A stretch of DNA of 57,948 bases. Origin: an uncultured archaeon. Lineage in GTDB: Archaea > Asgardarchaeota > Thorarchaeia > Thorarchaeales > Thorarchaeaceae. The translations under genes were made by a program, and so were the position numbers. Every line of letters starts with the position of its first letter. Position 1 is the stretch's first letter. Location: positions 1 to 57,948 of the forward strand of contig CAYYQL010000015.1 of the NCBI GenBank assembly GCA_964473825.1, read 5' to 3'. Under the pieces are notes generated by a model. The model was not told the DNA's origin and ran no database searches. It saw only the letters and a list, made by a program, of their open reading frames with translations. Positions 1-9,312 of this stretch are shown here, in pieces.

Positions 1-633
1 TAGTCGAGAAGAGGGACCTTCTCCGACAGCAGACCAGGTATCTCACATCCAGAGTGACCCTGATGCGGAATAACTGGGAGAAGAAGCACGGTGAGGACCA
101 TCCACGACCCGGGCATCTGAGGAAGAAGGAGCGTCGTCTTGCAGCCATCTGGCGCAAGGTACGCAGGCTGGACAGGGAGATTGCCAGACAGATTGCATCA
201 GAGGCCGTGTGGTTCTGTGAGCGCCACGGCGTCAAGACCCTGTATCTGGAGAACCTGAAGAACTACCAGCCGCCCAGGGGCTATGGCACTCACTCGTGGA
301 GATTATCGAGCAATCTCTGGTCCAAGGTACTTGACACTATCCGGTACATGCGGCAGACCCTCGGGCACCGCTACGGCGGGATCTGGACGGTAAGCCCGGC
401 GTGGACTTCTCAGACCTGCCATGTCTGTGGGGAGCGGGGAGTCCGGGTAGAGAATCCGGACTCGATACTGGAGTACCGAGGTGGTGAGTACTTCTACTGT
501 GGGAGGTGCGATGAGCACTTCCATGCCGATGTGAATGCGGCACGAAACATCATTCACGTGCACAATCACCAGTCCAGTGCCATTGCTGGACGGACAGCTT
601 GATATCCAGGTTTGTCCAACTAACAATCAACGG
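1..633 (+). mobile_element. Right part of an IS200/IS605- or IS607-family element (tnpB plus structured right end), truncated by the window edge
   Basis: TnpB ORF, then two hairpins (GTCCAG 572-577 / CTGGAC 586-591; GGACA 592-596 / TGTCC 613-617) and ...AATCAACGG, then an abrupt switch at 634 to a glycyl-radical enzyme C-terminus. The exact end (630-633) is uncertain. Confidence 0.75.
3..602 (+). CDS. tnpB: TnpB RNA-guided endonuclease, C-terminal part (5' truncated; frame open from position 3)
   Basis: RuvC-II Glu (LYLENL), SPAWTSQTCHVCG...YCGRC zinc ribbon, RuvC-III HADVNAARNI. No stop codon upstream of 54 in this frame. Confidence 0.92.
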   Translation, partial: VEKRDLLRQQTRYLTSRVTLMRNNWEKKHGEDHPRPGHLRKKERRLAAIWRKVRRLDREIARQIASEAVWFCERHGVKTLYLENLKNYQPPRGYGTHSWRLSSNLWSKVLDTIRYMRQTLGHRYGGIWTVSPAWTSQTCHVCGERGVRVENPDSILEYRGGEYFYCGRCDEHFHADVNAARNIIHVHNHQSSAIAGRTA

Positions 634-708
634 TACAATGCCTTCTTCGCCCAGATTGGCAGGGAATTGCAGGAAGAAATCATAGCAAGAACGGAGCACA
701 GCATCTGA
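634..708 (+). pseudogene. 3' fragment (last 24 aa) of a glycyl-radical enzyme (PFL-like family) gene, separated from its 5' part by the TnpB element
   Basis: Manual translation gives YNAFFAQIGRELQEEIIARTEHSI*, matching the GRE C-terminal pattern (RVxG)Y-S/N-A-x-F-x-x-L-x-x-E-x-Q-x-E-I-I-x-R-T-E-H. Its TGA (706-708) overlaps the ATG of the activase gene. Confidence 0.85.
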
Positions 709-1688
709 TGACACTTGGAGGCTATATCACCAATATTCAGAGATGCTCTACAGAGGACGGGCCAGGTATTAGAACTACGCTGTTCCTCAAAGGATGTCCA
801 CTTCACTGCATCTGGTGCCACAACATAGAAACGATTGACAACACCCCTCAAGTGGTATGGAATGCAACCAAGTGCATCGGGGATCGAGCCTGCATCGAAG
901 CATGCACACAGAAGGCATTGGAGCTTACGGACGAAGGGATGCTTATAGATCACAGGGCCTGCAACCTCTGCGGAAACTGTGAAGAAGTCTGCCCCACAGG
1001 TGCAATAGAAGTCATGGGCAAGCTTCGCAATGTCGAAGACCTTGTCGATGAACTTGCTCGAGACGCCCCCTTCTTTGAAACATCTGAGGGAGGAGTTACA
1101 ATATCTGGAGGAGAACCGCTGCTGCAGCATGATTTCACTGTGGCCATCGCAAGCGGATTGAAGCAGCGCGGGATACATGTGGCACTTGATACGACAGGCT
1201 ATGCCAGCGAAGCTGTATGGAAGGAGACTGTCAGTATAACAGATCTGGTTCTCTTAGACATCAAGCTAATGGATGAATCTAGACACAGACAGTACACAGG
1301 TGTCGGACTGGAAACGATACTCCGAAATGCAAAGATGCTCGCAGATTTGGACATACCAACATGGATTCGTACCCCCGTCATTCCGGGTCATACTGACAAT
1401 GTCGAGAACATCCGAGCAATTGCCGGCTTCGTTGCAAAAAACATGCCCAACGTTCTCAGATACGACTTATTGGCATTCAACAAGATGTGTCAGGACAAAT
1501 ACAAGCTATTCGGACTGGAATATCCTCTGAAAGATCTTCCATTGATGAAGAAGCAAACAATGCTTAGACTTGTGCAGACAGCGGAGAGAGAGGGGATCAA
1601 GCAGGTAACTTGGTCAGGCATGACGGCTCGTGAAGCATCTGATATTCAAGAAGTGAAAACAGAAAGGAGGACGGCCCACTGTGGATGA
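708..1688 (+). CDS. Glycyl-radical enzyme activating protein (radical SAM, with 2x[4Fe-4S] ferredoxin insert)
   Basis: DGPGIRTTLFLKGCPLHCIWCHN (CxxxCxxC), CNLCGNCEEVCP ferredoxin motif, GGVTISGGEP, DTTG. Confidence 0.95.
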   Translation: MTLGGYITNIQRCSTEDGPGIRTTLFLKGCPLHCIWCHNIETIDNTPQVVWNATKCIGDRACIEACTQKALELTDEGMLIDHRACNLCGNCEEVCPTGAIEVMGKLRNVEDLVDELARDAPFFETSEGGVTISGGEPLLQHDFTVAIASGLKQRGIHVALDTTGYASEAVWKETVSITDLVLLDIKLMDESRHRQYTGVGLETILRNAKMLADLDIPTWIRTPVIPGHTDNVENIRAIAGFVAKNMPNVLRYDLLAFNKMCQDKYKLFGLEYPLKDLPLMKKQTMLRLVQTAEREGIKQVTWSGMTAREASDIQEVKTERRTAHCG

Positions 1689-2511
1689 GATACTCAGCAC
1701 TGAACTCGAAGAAGCACTTGGCGTGTTTGAAACTCCGAAGTTCATGATAACAAAGAACGAAGAGGAAGAACCAAACTCTGCCTTGGTCATGACCTGGACT
1801 GTATACGAAGGAAATCAGCTAGTCTACGGCGATTTCATGGGTCACAAAACAAGAAAGAACTTGGAGGCAGGCAATGAACAGATTGGGCTGTTGGTTCTCA
1901 AGATGAACCTTGATTACTGGAACATTGGTGCCAGATTCGATTCCTACCACGTTGCTGACGACATCTATGAGTTCATGGCGATGACTCCTCTATTCCGATA
2001 CAATCAGTATACGAACGTTCGTGGAGCAGGGCTTGCTGAAGCTGTCTGGGCAAGTGAGAAGAGGCACATCTCTAAGCTCTCAGTCTTGAAGACGTACCTC
2101 AAGTCTAGGCTTGGAAAGAGGAAGGTGGGTGACTTCTCCAGCGGTAAAGAGAAGATGCCCCCACCGGTCTTAGACCGGTTTGATACGATGACCTCTGTGA
2201 AGACTCTTGCATATGTCGATGAGTCTGGATTCCCTGGGGCGATTCCTGCTTTTGGCATTCTCCCCGTTTCTGAAAACCTCCTTGTCGTAGATAGGAGTGA
2301 AGAGAGGAATCGTAGGATAAACCTAGCTGACGGTCAGAGAGTTGCCGTTTCTCTGGTGACCCAAGAACCTGCGGCTTTCCAAGTGAAGGGCGAGTTCAAG
2401 CCAATAGACAACAGCACAGCCTGCATTGTTGTAGACCGAGTCTATACCTGTTCTCTTCCTCGACCGGGATTGCGCATCGATACGCCACTCCTAAATCGTG
2501 AGAAGCTATAG
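1681..2511 (+). CDS. Tandem pyridoxamine-5'-phosphate-oxidase-like (split-barrel) protein
   Basis: Two similar halves (KFMITKNEEEEPN... / KTLAYVDESGFP...) and a KTRKNL motif typical of PNPOx-like FMN-binding barrels. Overlaps the activase stop. Confidence 0.6.
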   Translation: MDEILSTELEEALGVFETPKFMITKNEEEEPNSALVMTWTVYEGNQLVYGDFMGHKTRKNLEAGNEQIGLLVLKMNLDYWNIGARFDSYHVADDIYEFMAMTPLFRYNQYTNVRGAGLAEAVWASEKRHISKLSVLKTYLKSRLGKRKVGDFSSGKEKMPPPVLDRFDTMTSVKTLAYVDESGFPGAIPAFGILPVSENLLVVDRSEERNRRINLADGQRVAVSLVTQEPAAFQVKGEFKPIDNSTACIVVDRVYTCSLPRPGLRIDTPLLNREKL

Positions 2512-2660
2512 ATCTCTTCCCATAAATGAAAGGCTTTGGTGACATCAATGAGGCAGAAGTAAGCTCAAGGGCACAACAGGTCCCGCGTACTCCGATACGG
2601 TTTTATAGTGCCTGATTTTATGCGAATTCGTTGAGAGATCATCCTAGTGAGGATTCACTT

Positions 2661-4643
2661 ATGGCAGAAACAATGTCAACCATGAAGTCTGCACTCACCC
2701 AGGAAACAGCCGAGGGGCAAAGCTTTGAGCCCGTGAGCACTAAGGCATCTCTGGGTGGGTTCTTAGGAGTAATAGCTGCTCTCTTGGGTCTTGTGGCTTT
2801 CTTGGCCACTGATTTGCTTCCTCTTGGTTCTGCTTTGCAGCTACCATTCCAAGGAGTACAGCTCATGAACAACCCGCTGTCTTATGCGCTTTCGACAGCA
2901 TTCGTCGCTCTCCTGGCAGTCAGTGTGCTTATCCAGACACGAGGCATAAGAGAACTGGGGACAAGACTTGAGTCTGCCCTCCCCAATCTGATGTATCTTG
3001 CCATTGTTGGCACTGCGTTTGCTGTGTATACGTACGGCGCAGGATTCAGTGTCAATCCTGAATCAGCATCTCAGGTCAGAATCTACGCTGCCGGCTTTGC
3101 TATTGCCGGACCGATTTTTGTGATCACATGGCAGTTGGCCAGCTCGGTCTACATGGACTCAACCAAGTCCTACCTAGGCATACTAGCCGGCCTAGGCAAT
3201 GGACTCTTTCTACCTGTTATGGCGATATCTTTCGCTCTTCCGGGTTTTTACGGTGTAGGCATTGTCCTGGCATTTGTTTTTCTACTACTTGGACAGATAG
3301 GGGTGATATTGTTCTGGAGAGCACCCTTTGGCCATGTTAGAGAGTTCGCTAGAAGCAGTGATGCCGGCAAGTTTGCCTTTGGCCTCACAGGGCTTCTCAC
3401 ATTTCTCATTGGGAGTGTTGCGGTCTTCTTCGGCCCTATCGGCTCGATGGAAGGAACAGCAGTGTGGTACCCATGGAATACTTCGGTGGTCGACACACTC
3501 GCTAAGACGCTGATTCTGGATACTCCACCTTGGGCTGTGCAGGCTCTGCTGTCTATGATGATCATCTGGGTAATGCTGGGTCCAAGACTCGGTTCCAAAG
3601 AACTCAAGGATACCGTGGTACGAGAAGATATCGTAGCTGGTGGCGAGAAGTACTTCATGCTGTTTCTTGCCATTTTCGGCGTCTGGGCGGCCTCACAGGC
3701 TAGCACCCTCACAAGCGGTGCGGCAGGATATACCATCTTCCTCACTATCTGTCCAGCCGCAATTGTCATCCTCATGGGAGCAGTCTATATGGGGGCTAAC
3801 GATGTCATCACCGGTCTGCCAATGGTAATCACTGGTGTTTTTCTGGTCCTTACACCACACTCTCTGGCATTCATGGTGACCATACCCTGGATCCTTGTGA
3901 TTATCACACAGACAGCCCTTACGATTGAAACCAAGGTTCGGGGACAGACTGCCTTCTCGCAAACACTTCTCACTGTTTTGGTCACGATAGGAGCATCACT
4001 GGCTTTCGTCCTGTTCATGCTGGGAGGCTTCGGCAGTGGGCCACCTGCCATCTGGCCCGCAAATCGTTGGTTCAATGTAACACTGTTCCAAGGAGTATCG
4101 ATTGCAGCACAGGCACCCACCATCATGGCAATTGTTGTTCTCACCCTCTTGGTGAGGAACTTTGCGGTTGCCGGTTATAGTTACGGGCAGCAATCTTCGA
4201 GCTCAGGAGTAATCAGAGGAATCACTGCCCTCTTCGCGCTCTTGTTGGTCATTATTGCCGGGAATTTTGATGTGACCCATCAAGCACTGACGGCAGCAGC
4301 AATCACTTTCGCACTCTACACGATAAGCTTCGTATTGGTAATATCGCTTAACCTGAATCTGGGCAACCGGATCTTGCAGGAAGGCCATGAACTCGAAGGC
4401 AACTTCATCAGGGTATCTGCCAGTGCTGGTCTTGTATTTGGCGCAGCCGTTGCCCTTGTGTCGTTTATCATATTCTCAGGATTCCCACCGGCGTCAGTTG
4501 TTGCCAGCGTCATCACAATACTGGTCACATTGATTGTTGGTCTTGAGATATGCCTTATGTTGGCCTGGTTCTCCGCAGGCATCAGACTGGGAATGATAAA
4601 AGGCGGTTTCAAGTACACAAAGCCAACTGATTTGGTGGAGTAG
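2661..4643 (+). CDS. Large polytopic membrane protein of unknown function
   Basis: Long ORF (track 2631-4643; ATG at 2661 preferred) made almost entirely of hydrophobic helices. Confidence 0.8.
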   Translation: MAETMSTMKSALTQETAEGQSFEPVSTKASLGGFLGVIAALLGLVAFLATDLLPLGSALQLPFQGVQLMNNPLSYALSTAFVALLAVSVLIQTRGIRELGTRLESALPNLMYLAIVGTAFAVYTYGAGFSVNPESASQVRIYAAGFAIAGPIFVITWQLASSVYMDSTKSYLGILAGLGNGLFLPVMAISFALPGFYGVGIVLAFVFLLLGQIGVILFWRAPFGHVREFARSSDAGKFAFGLTGLLTFLIGSVAVFFGPIGSMEGTAVWYPWNTSVVDTLAKTLILDTPPWAVQALLSMMIIWVMLGPRLGSKELKDTVVREDIVAGGEKYFMLFLAIFGVWAASQASTLTSGAAGYTIFLTICPAAIVILMGAVYMGANDVITGLPMVITGVFLVLTPHSLAFMVTIPWILVIITQTALTIETKVRGQTAFSQTLLTVLVTIGASLAFVLFMLGGFGSGPPAIWPANRWFNVTLFQGVSIAAQAPTIMAIVVLTLLVRNFAVAGYSYGQQSSSSGVIRGITALFALLLVIIAGNFDVTHQALTAAAITFALYTISFVLVISLNLNLGNRILQEGHELEGNFIRVSASAGLVFGAAVALVSFIIFSGFPPASVVASVITILVTLIVGLEICLMLAWFSAGIRLGMIKGGFKYTKPTDLVE

Positions 4644-4672
4644 CATCCTCACAAAGAGGCGGCGAAAAAAGC

Positions 4673-5431
4673 GTGGTTCCCTCGGGCTTTGAAAGAAGAC
4701 CGAAGGGAGCCCGCACTGCTTTTCTTCTCATTCATGGCTTTGGCGCACACGTAGACGAACTTGAAACATTGGGAGAATTTCTGGAGCAAAACAGCATTGC
4801 CTCTTTCTCCGTGAGCATTGCAGGACATGGCACCAGCCCTGAGGACTTAGCCGAGACAAACCGGCATGACTGGTATCATTCAGCAAAGGAAGGACTTGAG
4901 TATGTTCTAAGTTGGAAGAATGAAGTCACCTTTGTCTCAGGACTCTCTATGGGAGGACTTCTCACCCTTGCATTGGCAGCCAGAGAAGAAGGAATAGATG
5001 GTATCATTCCTATCTCGCCTGCAATCCTGTTCGGAGGTTTCTTGTCAAGATTAGTACCGATTGTCAAACACTTCATGCCGTATCGAAAAGTGGATCTCAA
5101 CAAGATGCCCGAGATGTATGATGTTATGAGGTTCAAGTATGATCGAGACCCCTTGGTTTCGATCGAAGAGCTTCTCGCCCTTGCCAAAGAAGTAAGAGAG
5201 GAACTGAATGAAATTGACTGTCCGGCTCTGATTCTGCAGTCAGGAGAAGACAAGACAGTAGACCCACGTGGAGCCGAACTCGTATTCAACAGAGTATCAT
5301 CAGAACACAAGCAACTCAGACTTGTCGCTGGGGCTGAACATGTGCTTACCTGCCATCCAACTAGACAACAAGCATACCCAATGATTCTCGATTTTGTCAG
5401 AGAAGTCGCTGGACAGATTAAACCCTCTTAG
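4673..5431 (+). CDS. Alpha/beta-hydrolase (carboxylesterase/monoacylglycerol lipase-like)
   Basis: LIHGF, GHG, nucleophile elbow GLSMGG, Asp in EDKTV, His in AEHVL. Confidence 0.92.
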   Translation: MVPSGFERRPKGARTAFLLIHGFGAHVDELETLGEFLEQNSIASFSVSIAGHGTSPEDLAETNRHDWYHSAKEGLEYVLSWKNEVTFVSGLSMGGLLTLALAAREEGIDGIIPISPAILFGGFLSRLVPIVKHFMPYRKVDLNKMPEMYDVMRFKYDRDPLVSIEELLALAKEVREELNEIDCPALILQSGEDKTVDPRGAELVFNRVSSEHKQLRLVAGAEHVLTCHPTRQQAYPMILDFVREVAGQIKPS

Positions 5432-6131
5432 TTAGAAACTGCTTCCGAGACTTAATCCCCAGGTCGGGGTAATCAGTAATCAGCCCATCGACATCCATTT
5501 CCCACAATCCAAGCATCATCTCAGGATCATTGACTGTCCACGGGAAAACCAGCAGACCCTCGCCGTGGGCCTCATCGATAAGATCTTGCTCAAGTATAAG
5601 GAACAGAGGGTGAAGACAGTTGGCTCCGAGCTCATTGGCATAAGATGCTACGTCATCCAGAGGTTCATTGAACAGCACCCCTGTTCGCGTAGTGTCGTCA
5701 ATCTCACGAAAACTTGCCAAGGTCTCGTGAAGAAACGAAGAAACGACAACATGTGAAGACATGCCAGAATCATCCAGTAGAACAGCGACCTCCGATTCTA
5801 TCTCCGGGACCTTAATCTCAATGTTCACTTTAGCCTTACCTTTCATCGCATTCAGCACATCTCGTAGCAGCGGTATTTGTTGTCCGTTTCCAAGATCGAA
5901 GGAAACAAGATCATCGTACTGCATCTCCGAAATGAGACCTTCACACTTGCAGAGTCGCGTCAAGTCGTAATCGTGGACGCACACTAACTGCCCGTCGGCC
6001 GTTCTCTGAACATCAAGCTCGACCATGTCAGCACCCATGTTTATTGCCGTCTGAAAGGAGAGAAGCGTATTCTCGGGAGCGTATGCTGCTGCCCCTCGGT
6101 GTCCAATGACCAGTTTCTTGTCCCACACCAT
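5418..6131 (-). CDS. Glycerophosphodiester phosphodiesterase
   Basis: IGHRGAAAYAPENT, VELDVQRTADG, HD, NIEIK, PWTVND, GLITDYP. Confidence 0.95.
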   Translation of the reverse strand: MVWDKKLVIGHRGAAAYAPENTLLSFQTAINMGADMVELDVQRTADGQLVCVHDYDLTRLCKCEGLISEMQYDDLVSFDLGNGQQIPLLRDVLNAMKGKAKVNIEIKVPEIESEVAVLLDDSGMSSHVVVSSFLHETLASFREIDDTTRTGVLFNEPLDDVASYANELGANCLHPLFLILEQDLIDEAHGEGLLVFPWTVNDPEMMLGLWEMDVDGLITDYPDLGIKSRKQFLTKRV

Positions 6132-6186
6132 ACCCTCACCAACTTTCTTGTCCTGCCCTGCCTCCCTTTCTGGTCATCAAGCGACC

Positions 6187-6540
6187 TCAGTCATCGGGTC
6201 GAGCCAAACCTGTACCGCCACATCTCGGACAGGTCTGATATCCATCAGGGCCTTCAATCCTACCCATTCCATTACAGTAGTAGCAGTCCTCTTCTGGTTG
6301 TTCAAGAGTGCTATCAAACTCCTTGACCATCGCGCCTCCGATTCCAATCAACACGACAGCGATAAACATGGTAATCAGAGCTTGGAGATATAGGCCGGGT
6401 ACGGGGAGGACAAATAAGACTGAGAGTGAAAGAACGAACACGCCTGCTGTTAACAGTATCAAACCCTTGCTTCTACGCTCCAATCTTATGCACTCCCTTG
6501 ATAGCGGATATCCATTGACACCCCTGTCTCCTTTATACAT
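6187..6540 (-). CDS. Small two-TM membrane protein with a C-terminal DnaJ-type zinc finger
   Basis: Two hydrophobic segments followed by CYYCNGMG and CPRCGGTG (two CxxCxGxG). Start codon uncertain. Confidence 0.75.
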   Translation of the reverse strand: MYKGDRGVNGYPLSRECIRLERRSKGLILLTAGVFVLSLSVLFVLPVPGLYLQALITMFIAVVLIGIGGAMVKEFDSTLEQPEEDCYYCNGMGRIEGPDGYQTCPRCGGTGLARPDD

Positions 6541-6650
6541 TGTGGACTGTACTCATTAATGACAAGGTTCAGGATGGAATCAATCCTTCAGACCTACCAC
6601 CCTAAGAGATAATAGAAACAGAAAACATCAGACCAAGGTAGGCGAATTCC

Positions 6651-7565
6651 ATGTCAAGGTCTGATTTGTTCTCAAAGTATACGGAGATCTATCGGAAGGC
6701 CCAAGCAAAAGAGATTGTACCAGAAGGTCAATTTGTCCGTCAATTCACCGATATTCCAGACGTGGGTCTGGACATCGGAGTCTTCTTCAAGTCTCGCACG
6801 GAGAAGGACCCGAAGCAAGTGCATATCGGTGACGCTATTATGCCTGAGATATCGAAACATGAAGGTCTACTTGAGGCACAGCAGAAGACCTATCTCAGCC
6901 GTACAATCATCTCGAACATCAAAGGTCTCCAGTACCTTAGAGTTGTCATCTCGGCAGGCGAACTATGCGAAACGGCCGAGGAGCGAACGAGATTCATGAA
7001 GAAAGCACAGAGGATTCTCGATGTTTTCATCAGGAAAGCGCGCAATGCAGTTCATTTTGGAGACTTCTCCGCTTTCAGATTTGACAAGAGAATCACCACG
7101 CTTAACGACTTTCTAAGCAAGACTCTCAAGATGGACGAAGTCTCAATTGAAGCCGCATCGATACCTTTCCTTATGGCAGAACCTGAATATGTTGTCCTCA
7201 CCGGCGGAAACCTCCTAATCATAGGAGAAGAACCGCGGGTTCAGCATGGTGTATTTCATCTCACTGGCGGCATCGGTTACACATTTGACAAGAAGATTGG
7301 AGCTGTAAGTGAGGAGAGGCTGTTCAAGGTAGGTGTCAACATGGAGAGCCTCGGAATCGATGAAACATTCATGGATGGAATGATGTCGCGTATAGGTGAA
7401 GACTTTCAGAATAGAGTCCATTCAGTTATGTTCTCAGATATCTGGAAACGCAGTGACGCAAAGCCGCTTGCTATCAATGTAGGAAACGACCTTTTGATTA
7501 AGATTGCGCCTGGCAGCGAGACCTGGTCCGGAGTGTTTGAGGTCTACGTAAGACCGCCTACATAA
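6651..7565 (+). CDS. Hypothetical soluble protein (304 aa)
   Basis: Long ORF with ATG start and normal composition; no motif recognised. Confidence 0.75.
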   Translation: MSRSDLFSKYTEIYRKAQAKEIVPEGQFVRQFTDIPDVGLDIGVFFKSRTEKDPKQVHIGDAIMPEISKHEGLLEAQQKTYLSRTIISNIKGLQYLRVVISAGELCETAEERTRFMKKAQRILDVFIRKARNAVHFGDFSAFRFDKRITTLNDFLSKTLKMDEVSIEAASIPFLMAEPEYVVLTGGNLLIIGEEPRVQHGVFHLTGGIGYTFDKKIGAVSEERLFKVGVNMESLGIDETFMDGMMSRIGEDFQNRVHSVMFSDIWKRSDAKPLAINVGNDLLIKIAPGSETWSGVFEVYVRPPT

Positions 7566-9210
7566 TCCGAAATGAATCGATGGCAAAGACTACCGCTCGG
7601 AACGCGTATATTCTGAATGTGTATGTCACTGATTGCTCGCCTACGTCAAGAATTGCATCCCTGAGATCTGCCACTGAATCACCGCCCTCGTTCCTCATAA
7701 GTGACTCAAGCGAACTGATGGCTACAGCGCTATTCACGTTGCTGGAACATATCACCACATCCTGAGCGATAGCCTCAACTGTTTGATACACAGGATTGAC
7801 ACGGTCGTGGATGTCCAAGACTTGCCCGACAATCCCTAGCCTACAGCCACATCCTATTCCAAAGTCTGCAAGAGCTCTTGCGCTTCTTGAGTACGAGTGT
7901 ACTAGATACTCACCAACATCCCCATCCATCTCCAGTGAGAACTTGCTCCTCATAATATCGATCTCAAGAAAGTCTACATCTCTGAGAATGGAGGGAGTAA
8001 CTCCATTGGTCAGCATCAAGGTTGCATCGTTATCCGCAAAATCATCAATCACAAAGGAATCCACAAGAAGACCAAATGACAGATCAGCGTGAGAGAATAC
8101 TTCTTTAAGACCCAAGAAGGAAACCTCAAGAGCACTCTGGTTAATGACGCTTATCGCATCTTCTGCCATGTGGCTGAATCCTCCGAGATTCAAAGACCGC
8201 ATCGGAGCAAGTAGTGTTGCCCACTCTATTCCTGACATGCGCACATCAGCCAGAACCTGAACCGATGAGTTCGCTATTCCAAGAGTCGAGATAGTTTCAA
8301 GAATTGTCTGTGCGCCCTGTTTCAAATCGGAGTATACCTGAGTGTGTGTATTCTGATCGCCAAGACTGTTGTTATCGAGAAGATACGACGATCGGTTGCT
8401 GTGTAAAGACACCCTTAGAGGTATAGTATTGTTGCTTGCCTCGATTAACCATGCTGTTGCTTGTTGAAGCGAATCGTTGTTACCAATAAGGTACTGAATA
8501 TCGATTCCAAATCCTGTATCGTGCAATGCTTGCAGCAAGTTCCCACTCGGGAGAACGGTTTCGGATGTGTACTCAATAGAGGCCGTTGGCACGGTCAGAT
8601 ATACTTCGGGCATCTGGTCCAAGGATGCAATGGCAATCGGTGTCTGGCCCATGATATACACCGAAGCGGGAAATACCAATCCGATAAGATTGAGTATAAC
8701 GATATAACCCACAGTTCTCTTTCCCAGTGAACGGATGCTTCCCTGAGGTCTTAGGCGTCCATCTATCAAGACAACCAGAATGGCAATCATGTTCAGTGCT
8801 GACATCAAATAGAACATAGACTGGATGGGCGCAATCAGTAGGAATATGGCCCCTGCAATGGTGAAGATAACAAGAGGTACAATCCCGTTACGAGAATCAT
8901 AGTATGCTTTCAGCATAGAAGGGAGGAACACGAGTAACGGCAAAGCATAGAATGCGAGGGGGAGTGAGTCTATCAATGATAATCCGAGGCTTGTGGCTCT
9001 GTACGTAACAGCCAGAAGAGCATAGACCATGAGAACTATGTCAATGAACATGACTAAGCAGACAAGAATCTTGAGAAGAGCAGAGAGGTTGGGTTTTCCC
9101 CTTATGACCTTCTGTAGACCCGCACGCTTTCTGCCATAGCGGGTAATCGATGTCTGAAGGCTTGCGACAATGGCCTCTGGTTCGTCGTCTTCTTGCAGGT
9201 CCTCTTTCAT
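7558..9210 (-). CDS. Membrane protein: ~5 N-terminal TM helices plus a large, probably extracytoplasmic domain
   Basis: Hydrophobic N-terminal third; soluble C-terminal part with N-x-S/T sequons. Confidence 0.75.
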   Translation of the reverse strand: MKEDLQEDDEPEAIVASLQTSITRYGRKRAGLQKVIRGKPNLSALLKILVCLVMFIDIVLMVYALLAVTYRATSLGLSLIDSLPLAFYALPLLVFLPSMLKAYYDSRNGIVPLVIFTIAGAIFLLIAPIQSMFYLMSALNMIAILVVLIDGRLRPQGSIRSLGKRTVGYIVILNLIGLVFPASVYIMGQTPIAIASLDQMPEVYLTVPTASIEYTSETVLPSGNLLQALHDTGFGIDIQYLIGNNDSLQQATAWLIEASNNTIPLRVSLHSNRSSYLLDNNSLGDQNTHTQVYSDLKQGAQTILETISTLGIANSSVQVLADVRMSGIEWATLLAPMRSLNLGGFSHMAEDAISVINQSALEVSFLGLKEVFSHADLSFGLLVDSFVIDDFADNDATLMLTNGVTPSILRDVDFLEIDIMRSKFSLEMDGDVGEYLVHSYSRSARALADFGIGCGCRLGIVGQVLDIHDRVNPVYQTVEAIAQDVVICSSNVNSAVAISSLESLMRNEGGDSVADLRDAILDVGEQSVTYTFRIYAFRAVVFAIDSFRIM

Positions 9211-9312
9211 AATCTCACAGCGTCCATTGGTTGCTTAATGGCTTTTGCGTGTCGGTTCTGCGTTTGAACCGATAAGAACAAGTTGACAAGATGACCGACC
9301 CACAGGTGTACT

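Noticed and set aside
611-619. TTTGTCCAA, the reverse complement of the module core TTGGACAAA, in the IS right end
   Set aside because: Only 9 bp, lacks the GTATA part and the upstream box, and is explained by the IS hairpin. Likely chance.
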